A DNA stretch of 40,160 nt from assembly GCF_001194135.2 (NCBI RefSeq), contig NC_068986.1:67612086-67652245 (forward strand), read 5' to 3'. This document shows, piece by piece, positions 38,330-40,160 of this stretch (position 1 is the first letter of the stretch; every line of letters starts with the position of its first letter). Source of the stretch: Octopus bimaculoides (Eukaryota). Under the pieces are notes generated by a model. The model made no database searches. It was not told where the DNA came from and was given only the letters and a program-made list of their open reading frames with translations. Position numbers and translations under genes: made by a program.

Positions 38330-38438
38330 GATACAAACATACACACAGAAATGTTTCCCTACATATGTATGTATATGTATGTTTATTTTGTGTAAATATA
38401 TGTATATACGTGTATATACATACATACACACATACATG

Positions 38439-38470
<32 letters not shown>

Positions 38471-38474
38471 TATA

Positions 38475-38544
<70 letters not shown>

Positions 38545-38600
38545 GCCCATATATATATGTAATAGTGTATGTATATATGTAGCATGTGTATAAGTAAACG
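38330..38600. repeat. (TA)/(CA)/(TACA) compound microsatellite
   Basis: Direct inspection. Confidence 0.95.
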
Positions 38601-38626
38601 TATAGTATGTATTTGTGCTTGTAACA

Positions 38627-39748
38627 GAACCAGTTAAATGCAGACAACTTGATAATTAATCATCTTTCTCACTCCACATAGCTTGCAGACTGTACTTTTC
38701 TTCATCTTTATATCTCTCCCCACCTCTCTCTCTCTCAGTCGTCCTCTATTTACTTCTCTTTTTGTTTCCCCCAATTCTCTCTCTATCTATCTTTATATGT
38801 CTCTCTTTCTATCTCCTTGTTTTCAGTGATACATAGAGAGATCGATAAATGTCATATACGGGAATAGCAGTGCTTTCAAGAAATTTGCTTGAAAAATATA
38901 TCATTCCCGATTCGATTCCATTTCAGTGTTTTCCATAATAGCCGCAAGATTACCAATACATTTCAATGAAATTCGGGTCCAAAAACTGTGCACATTCGCG
39001 TCGTATAAGCATCTATGTATATTTGTGAGCATGTTTCTATTTTACTGTACATCAGCAGGGAATATAAACATCGACAAAATCTGGTGTTCTTTGACTCAAG
39101 TCTACAATATTACACAATTCTCTCCTTCTGTTCCTAGAATTTCGGTTATTAAAGTATGATTGATGAACAAAAAATCTAAGATTCTGTTGTTCACAGCTTA
39201 CAAGGAAAAACTGAGAAGAGTAAATGTGGAAATAAATTATGTTATATAAATAATGTGATCACAAATTCTGTAGATTGAACGCATAATTAAGGAAAAATAT
39301 TGTATGTACCGGCTTTCGCCGATGTTTATATACTTTACCGATATGTAGTAAGATATAAAAATGTCCTACATATATACATAGATGCACATACGACGAGAAT
39401 CCGCACACTTTGGGACCCAAATTGTATTCAAATGATATTGGTCATCTTGCAGCTATTATGAAAGATACCAAAATAGAATTGAACTGAGAGTAATATGTTT
39501 TTTTAAGCAAATTCCTAAAAAGCATTGATATTCCCGCATATGACATTTATCGATCTCTGTATGTATCACCACAAAGAAAAAGAGAGAAGGTGTGAGGGAG
39601 GAGAGAGATATGTAAATAGAGGGGGAAACGACAGGGAGATAAATATATATAGAGAGAGAGACAGATGTAAAGATTGAGGAAAACACAGACCACAAGCTAC
39701 GTCAAGCGAGAGAGATGATTTATCAACTTGTCTGTATTTAACTAATTC
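38627..39748. repeat. ~1.1-kb imperfect palindrome (long inverted repeat with ~3-nt central loop at 39177-39179)
   Basis: Arms pair over their whole length. Examples: agttaaatgcagacaacttgataa (38632-) with ttatcaacttgtctgtatttaact (-39743); gatacatagagagatcgataaatgtcatatacgggaat with attcccgcatatgacatttatcgatctctgtatgtatc; ccataatagccgcaagattacc with ggtcatcttgcagctattatga; centre tgaacaa-aaaatc-taa-gattctg-ttgttca. Confidence 0.92.
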
Positions 39749-40160
39749 AAACGCACATACATACACATTACATGTATACATATATTTATTGAATGCATAG
39801 TTTAAAAAAAACTAAGGGATTTAATATATGTACGCTAAACAGCGTTAGATTATAATACGGATGAGTATAGCATCTGCAAGATATAAACAAACATGTAATG
39901 ATACTAGGTGCAATAAATTTTCTAACTGAAAATTTCTTAAAGAGGGTTGTATATCAAAAAGAAATGGCTTCACTCAGAACGACGCTGGATCGCCATGCAC
40001 GGTGCTTTAACCTCATTTCATTTCCTCGGGGATGAATAGCCCAACCTTTTTTTTAGTTAAACCACACACACACACACACACACACATACACTACATGTAT
40101 GTTTTACCAACAGGTCTTCGACAGCAAAGATAGACACATTTTGAGTATATATATATATAT

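Noticed and set aside
39060-39110. DKIWCSLTQVYN resembling the nAChR loop-A spacing (DKIWxPDIxLYN)
   Set aside because: Lacks the invariant PD and the upstream W.D..L.W motif, and lies inside the palindrome arm; chance match.

Overview
Eukaryotic, AT-rich, microsatellite-dense genomic DNA with four N-gaps (1115-1377, 8096-8235, 9760-10517, 16734-16893). The repeat complement (tRNA-headed SINEs with an internal (CA/TG)n tract, Dong/R4-type and RTE LINE relics, L1/Tx1-like LINE relics) suggests a cephalopod, most likely an Octopus short-read scaffold; this is inference, not a database result. Nearly all listed ORFs are microsatellite artefacts or transposon relics. The one convincing host coding feature is a 155-nt + strand exon (25331-25485). 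It encodes the N-terminus of a Cys-loop ligand-gated ion channel subunit (nAChR/5-HT3/AChBP-like), with splice sites at the positions conserved in nAChR genes; no other exon of this gene could be found in the window. The sequence downstream is a stack of nested mobile elements: a fragmented L1/Tx1-like LINE interrupted by a second ORF1 relic and a full-length SINE, a Merlin/IS1016-like transposase relic, and a young Dong/R4 3' end inserted in (TAA)n. The most striking unexplained structure is a ~1.1-kb imperfect palindrome (38627-39748) with a 3-nt central loop. Two well-formed but unassigned minus-strand exon candidates (87 nt and 17 nt) lie upstream. There is no bacterial-type system, CRISPR array, rRNA or intact tRNA gene.
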